Shown here: in pieces, positions 9,136 through 18,029 of the stretch
Layout: every line of letters starts with the position of its first letter
How positions within the stretch are numbered: the first letter of the stretch is position 1
Source: a bacterium
Lineage (GTDB): Bacteria; UBA8248
DNA: 64,000 bases
Assembly: GCA_965213625.1 (NCBI GenBank)
Contig: CBDBZU010000004.1
Location: 3,264,001-3,328,000, forward strand
Direction: 5' to 3'
Notes under the pieces: generated by a model
What the model saw: the letters and a program-made list of their open reading frames with translations, nothing else
Databases searched by the model: none
Told to the model about the DNA's origin: nothing
Program-made: the position numbers and the translations under genes

Positions 9136-10452
9136 CTAGTACTCGAACACCGTGGGGCCGTCCACTTTTTCGGTCAGCGCTGAAGCGGCGGCGCGTGCTG
9201 CGCCCAGGCGCCATTCACGCTCGGCCTCGGGCGTCCGGGAGGGGTCGCCGAATGGATGATGAAAATGCCCGGCGCGGTTGTTGACGATGCGGTTGACCCC
9301 GATGTCACGCGCCACGTCCGGCAGGCATGTGACGATGACGGTGGGGATGCCCTCCCGCTCGAGCGCTCTCGCCAGCGCAGCCCCGCTGCGCGTGCCGGTG
9401 CCTCACGTTGCGGGGAGCACGACGCCCTCCACCCCGGTCTTTTTGAGTTCCGCGGCCCAGGCGCGGCCGATGCCGTCCATCTCGGCGAAGGCGCCGCCGT
9501 TCCCGCAGGTGCTGTGGAAATCATCGTGGAGCTCGGCGATCTCGCCCTCCTCCGCAAGCCGCCGGAAGGCGTCCACGGCGAGCATGCGGTCCGGCTCCTC
9601 GTTCACGAACACGGTGTTGAAGCCCCCATGAATCGAGATGAACGTGCCGCCCGGCAGGGCGTCTTTCCCCTTAAAGGAGTACGTGGCCCAGTTCTCATTT
9701 CTCGAGCCGGCGAAGCGGTCCGGGTTGCCGGGGGGCACCATGCCGCCTTCGGATACGATGGCGATGCGCGCTTTTTTAAGATCGGCGATCGCCTCGGGCG
9801 GCGCAATCTCTTCCAGAACGGGAACGTCGAGTTCCGTCTCGTAGGGCTCGCCCTTGATTTTTCGTAAAACCATGTCGACGGCGCGCTGCGAAGTCGGTAG
9901 TTCGGCGACTTCGTTGTAGCGGACCCCCCGAGGCAGGTATCCCTCCTCGGCCGCATTGCCGATCTCCTCGCCCCGGGCAAGCTTGAGTCCAAGGCGGGCG
10001 GCGGCTTCCAGGGCTTCCTCCATCCCGACGGCCGAATCTGCGGCGGGTACGGTGTGGACACCGGTACCGGCAGCGGGAAAGCCCGGATTCTCGGGGTGCA
10101 TGGCAGTGACGACGGGAACGCTCGCCTCATGCGCTGCGCGGCATACGGCGGCGCAGGCCAGCCCGAAGCGCCCGGCGTTGAAAGCGGGCCCGGCGAGAAC
10201 GAGATCAGGAGAATATTCGAGAATCCTAGCGAGAGCCTCTGCGGCGCAGTCTTCCTCGTTTTCGGCGATAAGGCCGTCCCCCGCAAAGACGGTGCCGACC
10301 ACTTCGGCGTCTTCCCCCAGAATTTTATCGAGCAAAACGCCGGGGCCAACCGGGCCTGTCTGCGCAGATACAGGATGATCGCTCTTCTCCTCGCCCCCGA
10401 CGCCTGCAAAGAACTGGTTCAAGTAGTGAACGACCCGAAGTTTACCGCTCAT
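9136..10452 (-). CDS. grdB: Glycine/sarcosine/betaine reductase-family selenoprotein B (438 aa, Sec350)
   Basis: VVHYLNQFFAGVGGEEK, AGPAFNAGRFG; in-frame TGA at 9403-9405 continues as GTGTRSGAALARALEREGIPTV..NRIV..HPFGDP..PTVFEY, matching the GrdB C-terminus. Substrate subfamily uncertain. Confidence 0.93.
9375..9391 (-). promoter_or_regulatory. SECIS-like hairpin of grdB
   Basis: GCGCAGC-GGG-GCTGCGC stem-loop separated from the UGA by 11 nt. Confidence 0.7.
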
Positions 10453-10547
10453 AGCCTGGCCTCCTGTATGAATTCATTCAATTCAATATTTCAGTGTACA
10501 TGGTGAACACCCGTTTGGGCTAATATCTCCTTCACAGGCTCCCGTCC

Positions 10548-11831
10548 TCAATAATCCTTGCCCACCATGTTGTTGATGTCCTTCGCCCACTCGCTGGCGT
10601 AGTAGTCGCTGTCGGCCAGGGTGAAGGCCTCGCGGACGTTGTGTCTCTTGCCGTTGTAGAACTCGACGATTTCCGAGCCGATGACCCGCTCCACCGCCGG
10701 GGCGGCGATGCGCTCCCCCTGCATTCCCTTGGATACAATGGCGTCGGCCTCGGGCACGTGAAAGACGAGCGGGAACTCGCCTGAGCCCGGCCGGCCCACC
10801 TCGTAGATTATCGGAACGGCGCTCACGCCCATCTGCTCGAGCGCCTGGACGGTGAGCCAGTAGTCCACCGTGGAGTTGCCGCCGCCCTCAAAGGCGAGAA
10901 CCGCGCCTTCGGCCTTCAGGAGCGCGGCCAGCTTGGCCACGTATTGCGCCGAGCGCTCCTTGAGCGCCTGGTTGTCGTGGTGGCCGCGCGTGATGATCAT
11001 GCCGGCGAAATTAAGGTCCACACCGTGGCGGCGGTATAGCTCGTAGATGAGCGGTAAGTTGCAGTGCAGGTAGGTCGGCACCTTCTGCTGCGTCTTGTAG
11101 TTCGCCCCCACCACCGCGCCGTCGAGCATCTCGTTCGGGTGAATGAGGGTGGGAAGCGAATCCCCCAGATTCTTGCCGTACATGAAGGTCTGCACCATAG
11201 ACGCCTGGTGCATCACCTGATCGACAAAGACAACCCGGGGCAAATCGGGCGCGACGTCGCCGATCTCGAACGTCTCGACGCTCACAGGTTTGAGTTCCGC
11301 CGTGTGCGCGGCCAGCCGGGACGCGATTTTGAGCGTCGCCAGGCGCACGGCGTCGTCATGCGCTTCGTTCGAGGCGCCGGCCAAAGGCTCGTAGCAGGCG
11401 ACGAGGTTCGCGGTCTCTGAATTCGTGCAGTGCACGGCCCCTGGACCGGACATATCGATGATGCCTTCGCGAAAGCTCATGATGCCCGTCATGGGCCCCA
11501 GGAAATGGGTGGTGCTGATGACGCACATACCGGCCAGCTTGTGGGTGCGGCCCTGGCCGGCCGTCTTCGCCGGACCGAGGAATCCCGGAAAAGCGCAGGA
11601 GCGACCGCTTACCTTGTAGAGAGGCTCCACCGCGTCCAGCACGTTGGTGATCCGCACCGAATCGCCCGGCATGGCGGCGTCAAAGCGCACGTCCTCGAGA
11701 CCGCCGTCTTCGAGCGCAAGCTCGCGCAACTCATCGGCATCCACGGTGAGCGTACCTTCTTTGTACTCAAAGCGCGCACCGATGATGATTTTCGATACGG
11801 GGAATAACCCCATCTCCAGTCGCATGGACAT
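10548..11831 (-). CDS. grdE: Reductase complex component B proprotein subunit (GrdE/GrdG/GrdI family)
   Basis: PGDSVRI..VLDAVEP..KV, GQGRTH.L.G, GIIDMSGPGA, PTLIHPNEMLDGA, KERSA, EGGGN. Confidence 0.9.
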   Translation of the reverse strand: MSMRLEMGLFPVSKIIIGARFEYKEGTLTVDADELRELALEDGGLEDVRFDAAMPGDSVRITNVLDAVEPLYKVSGRSCAFPGFLGPAKTAGQGRTHKLAGMCVISTTHFLGPMTGIMSFREGIIDMSGPGAVHCTNSETANLVACYEPLAGASNEAHDDAVRLATLKIASRLAAHTAELKPVSVETFEIGDVAPDLPRVVFVDQVMHQASMVQTFMYGKNLGDSLPTLIHPNEMLDGAVVGANYKTQQKVPTYLHCNLPLIYELYRRHGVDLNFAGMIITRGHHDNQALKERSAQYVAKLAALLKAEGAVLAFEGGGNSTVDYWLTVQALEQMGVSAVPIIYEVGRPGSGEFPLVFHVPEADAIVSKGMQGERIAAPAVERVIGSEIVEFYNGKRHNVREAFTLADSDYYASEWAKDINNMVGKDY

Positions 11832-11842
11832 CGTCGCCTCCC

Positions 11843-12295
11843 CTATCCGGCCGTGCGCATCGAGGCCAGGTCGCTTTCTATCTGCTCCAGATCGAGCACC
11901 ATTTCCATCATGAGGAGCTTTTCGGCGTACAGATTCTCTGGAACCTGGGCGCGCACCTTCTCTTCTAGAATGTGAAAAACGGGGAGTCCCAACGAGACTC
12001 CCGCCAGGGGCCCGGCCCAGCTGGGGTCCCCGGTGGTCAGCGTTTCGGCTGCGAGCCGAAGGCCTTCACCGGGCATTCCCAACACCACCATCAGGTTCTC
12101 CGACCCCACTTCATCGGCAATCGATTTGATGGCGGCCTGGTTCTCCAGGTCCATGGCGCCAGCGGAGGTTCAGACGAAACACTCCGTCTTCTGGAACACG
12201 ACCTCCGCACCCGCCGCCTCAATACACTCGGCAATCAGCGGACCGGGTACGCCGTCGCGCTCACCCAGCGCGATCACCTTCTTGCCTTTGAACAT
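11843..12295 (-). CDS. grdA: Glycine/sarcosine/betaine reductase selenoprotein A (150 aa, Sec42)
   Basis: [27 protein letters not shown](12170-12172)[11 protein letters not shown]..[12 protein letters not shown]; GGAGG RBS; downstream CCTGG-AGAA-CCAGG hairpin. Confidence 0.95.
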
Positions 12296-12328
12296 GTGTG
12301 TCCTCCACTTGCCTGAAAAACGAACGAA

Positions 12329-13750
12329 TCACGCTTCTATCAGCACCGAAGCCCCGTCGGCCTGCTGGGACATCCGGCCTAAAAACAGACTCCCTTTGGC
12401 GAGGATCATTGTACTCGCAAGGCTCCCCGCCCGCATCCGCTCCAGCGCGTGTCCGAGAAAGGGAACGCCTGCGGGAATATGCCCCTGCGTCGGCGCGAAT
12501 CCGGGCATCCCGTGCGCCTCGATGAAAGCCGGAATCTCCTCGCGGGCGATCTCCCCGCCCATCACCGCCATGGCGGCCAGCATCTTGTAATTCGTAGCCG
12601 CCACGTCTCCCGCCCCCGCGGGCAGCATGACTTCTGGATTATGGAGTTCGACGGCGTACTTATCGACGCTGGTCAGCTTGCGCCCGGCGCGGGCCAGCGG
12701 GTCGCGCACCATAGCCTCCGCCAGCCCTTGCGGCGTGGATGGCCTGCCCGCCGCGTGGCGTCCGGCTATCTCGAGATTCACGCGAGGGCCGTCCCCTGAA
12801 TTTTTCGTGAGAAAAAACGCGACCCCACCCAGTACGTCTTCCAGTACGGGCATTCCCTTTTCCAGATGGTAGTACGCCTTCATCCCGAGCTTCGCCATCG
12901 AACCGCCCCCGACGACGACGGCGTTCTCGACGACACCCGCCTGAATAAGCGCCGCCGCATGCACCAGAGCGTACACCGGCGCCGCGCAGAAAGACTTCAC
13001 GTCCACGCCGGCCGCATTGGCGCAGCCCGCCATCTCGGCGATCGCCTTTGCAAGATTGCCGCCGCCGCGATTGTAGCGATCTCCAATAGCTTCCTCCGAA
13101 CAACTGATCACGTACTCTACCTGTTCGGGCGCGATGCCCACCCCCACGAGCAACCGCCTGAGCGCATAAGCGCCGCTCGCCTTGGCCGAGAGGTTTTCCA
13201 ACAATATTCGGGCGTCCAGGGATTCATCGGCGTCATGATCGCGGCGTACGCACCCGATCATGTCCCCGTCCTGAAACAGCGGCAGGGCCTCTCCTCGCTC
13301 GATGCGTTCAATAATGTCTTCTTGTTTGTAATCCTTCGGAGGATTTTCTTTTTCGAGAAGCGCGTCGGCGGATTCAGAACCCACGCCGCGCGGCCCATCA
13401 CGCTCCTTATCGAGCATTATCAACCCGAACTGATCCGCCGCTTCGAGCAAGGCATAGAAAGAATCCTGCGGGAGGATTTCCCCGAATTGGCTCTCAAGCG
13501 AAGCGCCTGCGGGGGAGTTCTCGTACCACGGAGTTGGAATTTCGTTCAGATTTTCGGGCTGCAGATTGCCGATGAACGCCTGGTTCGGCGGGTAGCCGAC
13601 CACTTCATCAAAAGAGCGCAGGTCGTTGAACGAGTCGCCCGGCGCCTGATTGTTCCTGAAAGCCTCGCGCCAGGGCTTCGAGCCGTAGCGAACCAGATCT
13701 GGAACATGCACGAGAACGTTCGCAGCAGCACGCAGGTACGCCATCATCAC
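12329..13750 (-). CDS. grdC: Glycine reductase complex component C beta subunit (FabH-like)
   Basis: HVPDLVRYGSKP, YPPNQAFIGN, CSEEAIGDRYNRGGGNLAKAIAE, FCAAP, GFAPTQGHIP, GSLFLGRM. Confidence 0.93.
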   Translation of the reverse strand: MMMAYLRAAANVLVHVPDLVRYGSKPWREAFRNNQAPGDSFNDLRSFDEVVGYPPNQAFIGNLQPENLNEIPTPWYENSPAGASLESQFGEILPQDSFYALLEAADQFGLIMLDKERDGPRGVGSESADALLEKENPPKDYKQEDIIERIERGEALPLFQDGDMIGCVRRDHDADESLDARILLENLSAKASGAYALRRLLVGVGIAPEQVEYVISCSEEAIGDRYNRGGGNLAKAIAEMAGCANAAGVDVKSFCAAPVYALVHAAALIQAGVVENAVVVGGGSMAKLGMKAYYHLEKGMPVLEDVLGGVAFFLTKNSGDGPRVNLEIAGRHAAGRPSTPQGLAEAMVRDPLARAGRKLTSVDKYAVELHNPEVMLPAGAGDVAATNYKMLAAMAVMGGEIAREEIPAFIEAHGMPGFAPTQGHIPAGVPFLGHALERMRAGSLASTMILAKGSLFLGRMSQQADGASVLIEA

Positions 13751-13841
13751 ACCCGCCCAATAACGAGGAAGAAAAGTTTACTCAGGAATTTGTACTCGAA
13801 ATGAAACGCCGCCGCCATGCCTGTTGGTCGCCATCACCGCC

Positions 13842-14627
13842 CTAGCCCGCGGTATAGCCGCCGTCGGCGTAGAGGATGTGGCCCGTGTAAAAGTCAGACG
13901 CCCGCGACGCGAGGAACAGGAGCGGCCCGGCCAGATCCTCGGGCTCGCCCAGCCTGCCCTTCGGTATCCGGCTCACGATGTTCTCGCGCGTCTTCACCGC
14001 CTTTGGCGCGTCAGTGAACATCCAGTCCGTAAGCACCGAGCGGAAGACGGTCGGCCCGACCGCGTTAACGGTGATTCCCGTCGGGCCCAGTTCGCAGGCC
14101 AGCGCCTTCGTGATGCCGTCGACCGCCGCCTTGGAGGCGCAATAGGCGGTATAGCCCGCGGGGTGGCCGAGAATCCCGCGCGTCGAGGAGACGAGGACGA
14201 TCTTGCCGCCCTCTCCCTGCGCCTTCATCTGCCGCGTCGCGGCGCGCGCCAGAAGCCACGACTGCGTGACGTTCGCGTCCATCACGTCGGCGAACGCATC
14301 GGGCGCCATCTCCTCGATCATCCCCACCCTGTTGATGCCCGACGCCACCACCAGAATGTCGAGGCGGCCATGGGTCTCGACGGCTTTCTCCACCATGGCG
14401 TCGGCCGCCGCTTCAGATTCCGGGCGCGCGTTCACCGTGGCGACCTCGGCTCCAAGCTCGCGGCACTCGCCCGCGACGGCGTCGAGCGCGTCCGTGGTGC
14501 CGGCTGTAAGCGTGAGGCGGCAACCGGCCCCGGCCAGGGTCCGCGCGGCCACCGCGCCGAGTGCGCCCGATGCGCCTGTGATGAGCGCGGAGCGTCCGCT
14601 GACGTCGAATAATTCCGAGGGTCTCAT
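13842..14627 (-). CDS. SDR family oxidoreductase
   Basis: TGASGALG, YCASK, NAVGP, DGG motifs. Confidence 0.92.
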   Translation of the reverse strand: MRPSELFDVSGRSALITGASGALGAVAARTLAGAGCRLTLTAGTTDALDAVAGECRELGAEVATVNARPESEAAADAMVEKAVETHGRLDILVVASGINRVGMIEEMAPDAFADVMDANVTQSWLLARAATRQMKAQGEGGKIVLVSSTRGILGHPAGYTAYCASKAAVDGITKALACELGPTGITVNAVGPTVFRSVLTDWMFTDAPKAVKTRENIVSRIPKGRLGEPEDLAGPLLFLASRASDFYTGHILYADGGYTAG

Positions 14628-14695
14628 ATCGTGTTGTCCTGATGGGGGATCACGAGCAGCGTCCCGCAGGCGTGAAAGAAGAATACGTATGCCCC

Positions 14696-14725
14696 ATGCT
14701 AGGTATCAAGCGGGTGTGGTGTCAA
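14696..14725 (-). promoter_or_regulatory. Putative sigma70 promoter upstream of the SDR-grd cluster
   Basis: TTGACA-18bp-TAGCAT on the minus strand. Confidence 0.5.
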
Positions 14726-14778
14726 GAATAGCGAGAGGATGTCCATTTCAGGGGTCAGACTCGATCGATTGAGGTTTT

Positions 14779-14955
14779 GTAGGGACAGGTCGCGACCTGT
14801 CCTTCTGGCTTTTCTTCCTATCGCCAGGAAAATCGCGATTGTAGGAACAGGCCCCCGCGCCTGTCCTGGCGAGGGTGGCCGCGGTAGCCGGACAAACCAA
14901 ATGCGAATCAGACAATTGGCCCTCAAATACGAGTGGACACGTAGGCCCACCCCTG
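14779..14955. repeat. Cluster of GTAG-type REP-like hairpins
   Basis: GTAGGGACAGGTCGCGACCTGTCC (14779-14802), GTAGGAACAGGCCCCCGCGCCTGTCC (14841-14866), inverted CAGGGGTGGGCCTACGTGTCCACTC (14931-14955). Confidence 0.75.
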
Positions 14956-14990
14956 AAAAATAATTTTCGAGATTGCCGACAGAACGCGCG

Positions 14991-16304
14991 TCAAACGACC
15001 TCGACCCAGGTCTTCATGCCAGACGCCTGGTGGGCCAGGGTGTGGCAGTGGATCAGCCATTTGCCGGGGTTGTCGAACACGCAGAGGACGTCCCGGCTCC
15101 GGCGCGGATCGATCAGGGTGGTGTCGCGGTAATGGCCGTGCGCGCCGTCCTCGCCGACCTCGTGGAAGTGATGGCCGTGGATGTGGATGCCGTGCGGGAA
15201 AACGGTATCGTTCTTCATGGTGATCAGCGCCGTCTCGCCTCGGGCGAATCGCCGCCAGGGCGTCTTTGGCATGCCGGAGTGGCCGTTCAAGGCCCAGAAA
15301 TCCCCGCCGCGCATCATGCCCATCATGCCCATCCCGCTCATCGCGCCGCCCTGCATGGCGAGCGTAAGCCGCCGCGCCTTTCTGCGGTCCGGCGACGGGA
15401 TGTCCACCGGCGGCAGGGGCGCGATAGGGACGTCGATGGGCGCGGGGTTGACGCCCTGCGCCGCTATTTTGCCGAGTTCATATGCTCCGCCCCGCGTCGC
15501 CATGGCGAAGGTGACCGGCTCGGCGACGTCGAGGATGACGTCGGTCCGCTGTGCGGGCGCCAGCACCAGCTCGCCCAGGGGCTCAGGCTTAGCCAGCGGC
15601 ATCCCGTCATGCGCCACGATCATGCCGGCGCCGCCGATCCGCACCCGGAAAATCCGCGCCGTCGCCGTGTTGATCAGCCGCAGGCGAACCCGGTCCCCGC
15701 GCCGCACCTCCTCCCGGGAGAGGAGCGCCCGGGCGAAGTTGCCGAGCCGCCCCTCATGGGAGAAGTCGTGGCGGTTGCCGAAATTCGGGTCCAACTCGCC
15801 GCTGCGCGTCAGACGCCAGTCGTCGAGTACCACCGTGATGTCGTGGTCGACGCGCGGGGGGTCGCGTTCCTCGACGATCAGTGGGCCGTAGAGTCCCTTC
15901 GCCACCTGCTCCCAGGAACGCTCATGCGAGTGGTACCAGTAGGTGCCGGGGTGAGGTACGTCGAAAACGTAGTCGAACGCGCCGCCCGGCTTTACCGCCG
16001 CCTGGGTGAGGCCGGGAACGCCGTCCATCGCGTTGTCGATGTGGATGCCGTGCCAGTGAACGGCGGAGGCGCTGTCGAGCCCGTTCTCAAAGGAGATGGC
16101 GACCCGGCCGCCTTGTCGGGCGCGTATCTCGGGACCGGGAGATGAGCCGTTGAACCCGAGCATGCGCGTCTCGCCTTGCCCGTCCGGCAGGAGGCGGACC
16201 GTGACGGGTTCGGCCCTGAGACGGAAACCCGATGGCGCCGCCCACCCGGTCGCGGGGGTCAGCGCCGTCGCCGCCAACGCCAGCAGAAAATCCCTTCGGT
16301 TCAT
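14991..16304 (-). CDS. Tat-exported multicopper oxidase
   Basis: MNRRDFL Tat motif; HWHG, WYHSH, HGIHIHGH, HCHTLAHQASGM copper ligands. Confidence 0.95.
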   Translation of the reverse strand: MNRRDFLLALAATALTPATGWAAPSGFRLRAEPVTVRLLPDGQGETRMLGFNGSSPGPEIRARQGGRVAISFENGLDSASAVHWHGIHIDNAMDGVPGLTQAAVKPGGAFDYVFDVPHPGTYWYHSHERSWEQVAKGLYGPLIVEERDPPRVDHDITVVLDDWRLTRSGELDPNFGNRHDFSHEGRLGNFARALLSREEVRRGDRVRLRLINTATARIFRVRIGGAGMIVAHDGMPLAKPEPLGELVLAPAQRTDVILDVAEPVTFAMATRGGAYELGKIAAQGVNPAPIDVPIAPLPPVDIPSPDRRKARRLTLAMQGGAMSGMGMMGMMRGGDFWALNGHSGMPKTPWRRFARGETALITMKNDTVFPHGIHIHGHHFHEVGEDGAHGHYRDTTLIDPRRSRDVLCVFDNPGKWLIHCHTLAHQASGMKTWVEVV

Positions 16305-16425
16305 GATTCTTCTCCCTCGTTCGCGTTCTCTCACGGCGCGATGATTTTATTACTCGCGCCAGGCGGCGGCAATGGATTCGACCCGGACGAGGATGAAGAC
16401 TCTTACGAGAAGAGAAAACGCGCCC

Positions 16426-16450
16426 GTAGGGACGGGTCGCGATCTGTCCC
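16426..16450 (+). repeat. GTAG-type REP-like hairpin
   Basis: GTAGGGACGGGTCGCGATCTGTCCC, 22/24 identical to 14779-14802. Confidence 0.75.
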
Positions 16451-16541
16451 AGCTCTTCGTCAAGGAAAATCCCGGTTGCGGATGGTGGTCACGGCTGTGG
16501 GACGACTCCGGGGAGGGGTCGCCCCTTCGCCTCTTGTATTC

Positions 16542-17942
16542 TTAGACGGGACTCGGTTCCCGCACCGGCTCCGCCAGCATGGCCGTGAGGGAGGCGACGT
16601 CCTCCACCTCATCCAGCTGCCGCCAGGCGTCCCAGGCGGCCTGGGCTTTTTCTTCGGTGAGGCCGGCGGCGCATTCCAGGAACTTTTCCCGGAGTTCGAG
16701 ATTGGTGATCGGGTTTTCGATGTGTCCGCGCGCGCGGGGGAAAAAGCGGGTGAGTTCGCGCCCGTCTTTCAGTTTCACCCAGACCCCGGCCGCTTCGGTT
16801 TCGGGGTCCTCACGCGCCATGTCTTCATCGAGCTCGAACGCAACGCGCTTTTGGAGAGCGGCTATCTCTGGCCGCTGTACGCTGTCTTCCTCGAACTGGC
16901 GGATGCCGACCTTGCGGTCCACGAGGGCGGAGGCGATGCAGAACGGCATGGAGAATTTTCCCTCCAGGCCCGTGGTCGCCTCCTTGTAGCGCAGCACTTT
17001 GAGCGTCATGGTCGAGGCGCGCGCGCCCAGGGCCGCCACGTCCGAGACCGCGATGTCTTCGCTCTTCACCAGGTCGAGCATGGCGTCGATGCCCGGATGC
17101 GTCATCGCGCAGCAGGGGTGGAGCTTCACGCAGACGCCCTCCTCAACATCCCAAGGCCGCCCCCACGTGCCGACCGCGCTCTCCCAGTCCGCGAATTCAT
17201 GCGCGGTGGGTCCGATTTCCTCTGCCGCCATGGCCGACGTGAAGCCTGTCTCCAGCGTATCCGCCGCCGCCGTGAAGCCGTCTTCGGCCAGTTTCGCCGC
17301 GACGAGTCCCGCCCGTGCGGACTGGCCCGCGTGAAATGGCTTCGTCATCGTGCCGAAGTTCGACACCAGCCCCGCCGAGCCGCTCGCCCCCAGGCTCAAT
17401 GCGTTTCGCGTCTGCTCCTCATCCAGTTCCAGCAGATACGCGCTTGCGCCCGCCACGCCGACCGAGCCGAGCGTGGCCGTGGCGTGAAAGCCCCGGCGGT
17501 AGTGTTTGGGGTTCACTGCGCGGCCCAGGACGTGCAAGAGCTCGAAACCGATCGTGTAGGCCTCGAGAACCTTTGCGCCCCCGATTCCCCTTTCCTCCGC
17601 CAGTGCGATGAGGGCAGGAACCAGGGTGACGCTCGGGTGACCCAGCATCACGAAATCCACGTCGTCATAATCAAGCGCATGGCCCGCCGTTCCGTTCACA
17701 AAGGCGGCCCAGGAGGCGCTCGTACGCTCCTCCGTGCCGATCAGGCGCGCTGCGGGAACGCCACCCTCCGAGACCGCCAGCCGGTGCGCCAGCCGCGCGC
17801 AGTCATCGTCCCGGCCCGCCAGATTCACGCCCAGCGTATCGAGCACGGCGTTTCGCGCCTGCGCGCGTGCCGCCTCGCCGATGTCAGAGGCGTGAACCGC
17901 CGCGATTCGCTTCGCCAGTTCCCTGGTGGCCTGATATGTCAT
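16542..17942 (-). CDS. MmgE/PrpD family protein (copy 3)
   Basis: NGTAGHALDYDD, GHPS, GFHAT, NFGTMTKPFHAG, KLHPCC, KFSMPF. Confidence 0.93.
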   Translation of the reverse strand: MTYQATRELAKRIAAVHASDIGEAARAQARNAVLDTLGVNLAGRDDDCARLAHRLAVSEGGVPAARLIGTEERTSASWAAFVNGTAGHALDYDDVDFVMLGHPSVTLVPALIALAEERGIGGAKVLEAYTIGFELLHVLGRAVNPKHYRRGFHATATLGSVGVAGASAYLLELDEEQTRNALSLGASGSAGLVSNFGTMTKPFHAGQSARAGLVAAKLAEDGFTAAADTLETGFTSAMAAEEIGPTAHEFADWESAVGTWGRPWDVEEGVCVKLHPCCAMTHPGIDAMLDLVKSEDIAVSDVAALGARASTMTLKVLRYKEATTGLEGKFSMPFCIASALVDRKVGIRQFEEDSVQRPEIAALQKRVAFELDEDMAREDPETEAAGVWVKLKDGRELTRFFPRARGHIENPITNLELREKFLECAAGLTEEKAQAAWDAWRQLDEVEDVASLTAMLAEPVREPSPV

Positions 17943-17990
17943 GGAGGAATCTCCTTGCGTGCGGATGAATCTGGGGGTGTGAATGAATCT

Positions 17991-18027
17991 AAAGGGGCGA
18001 CCCCCAGCAGGGCCGCCCCTGATTTTA
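17991..18027. terminator. Hairpin, putative intrinsic terminator after leuA
   Basis: AGGGGCGACCC-ccagca-GGGCCGCCCCT with short A/T flanks. Confidence 0.55.
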
Positions 18028-18029
18028 CG

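Noticed and set aside
9136-12295. grdA and grdB (and 43859-44497) as nonsense-mutated pseudogenes
   Set aside because: Each stop is TGA at the family's Sec position, with an intact downstream frame and a SECIS-like hairpin.
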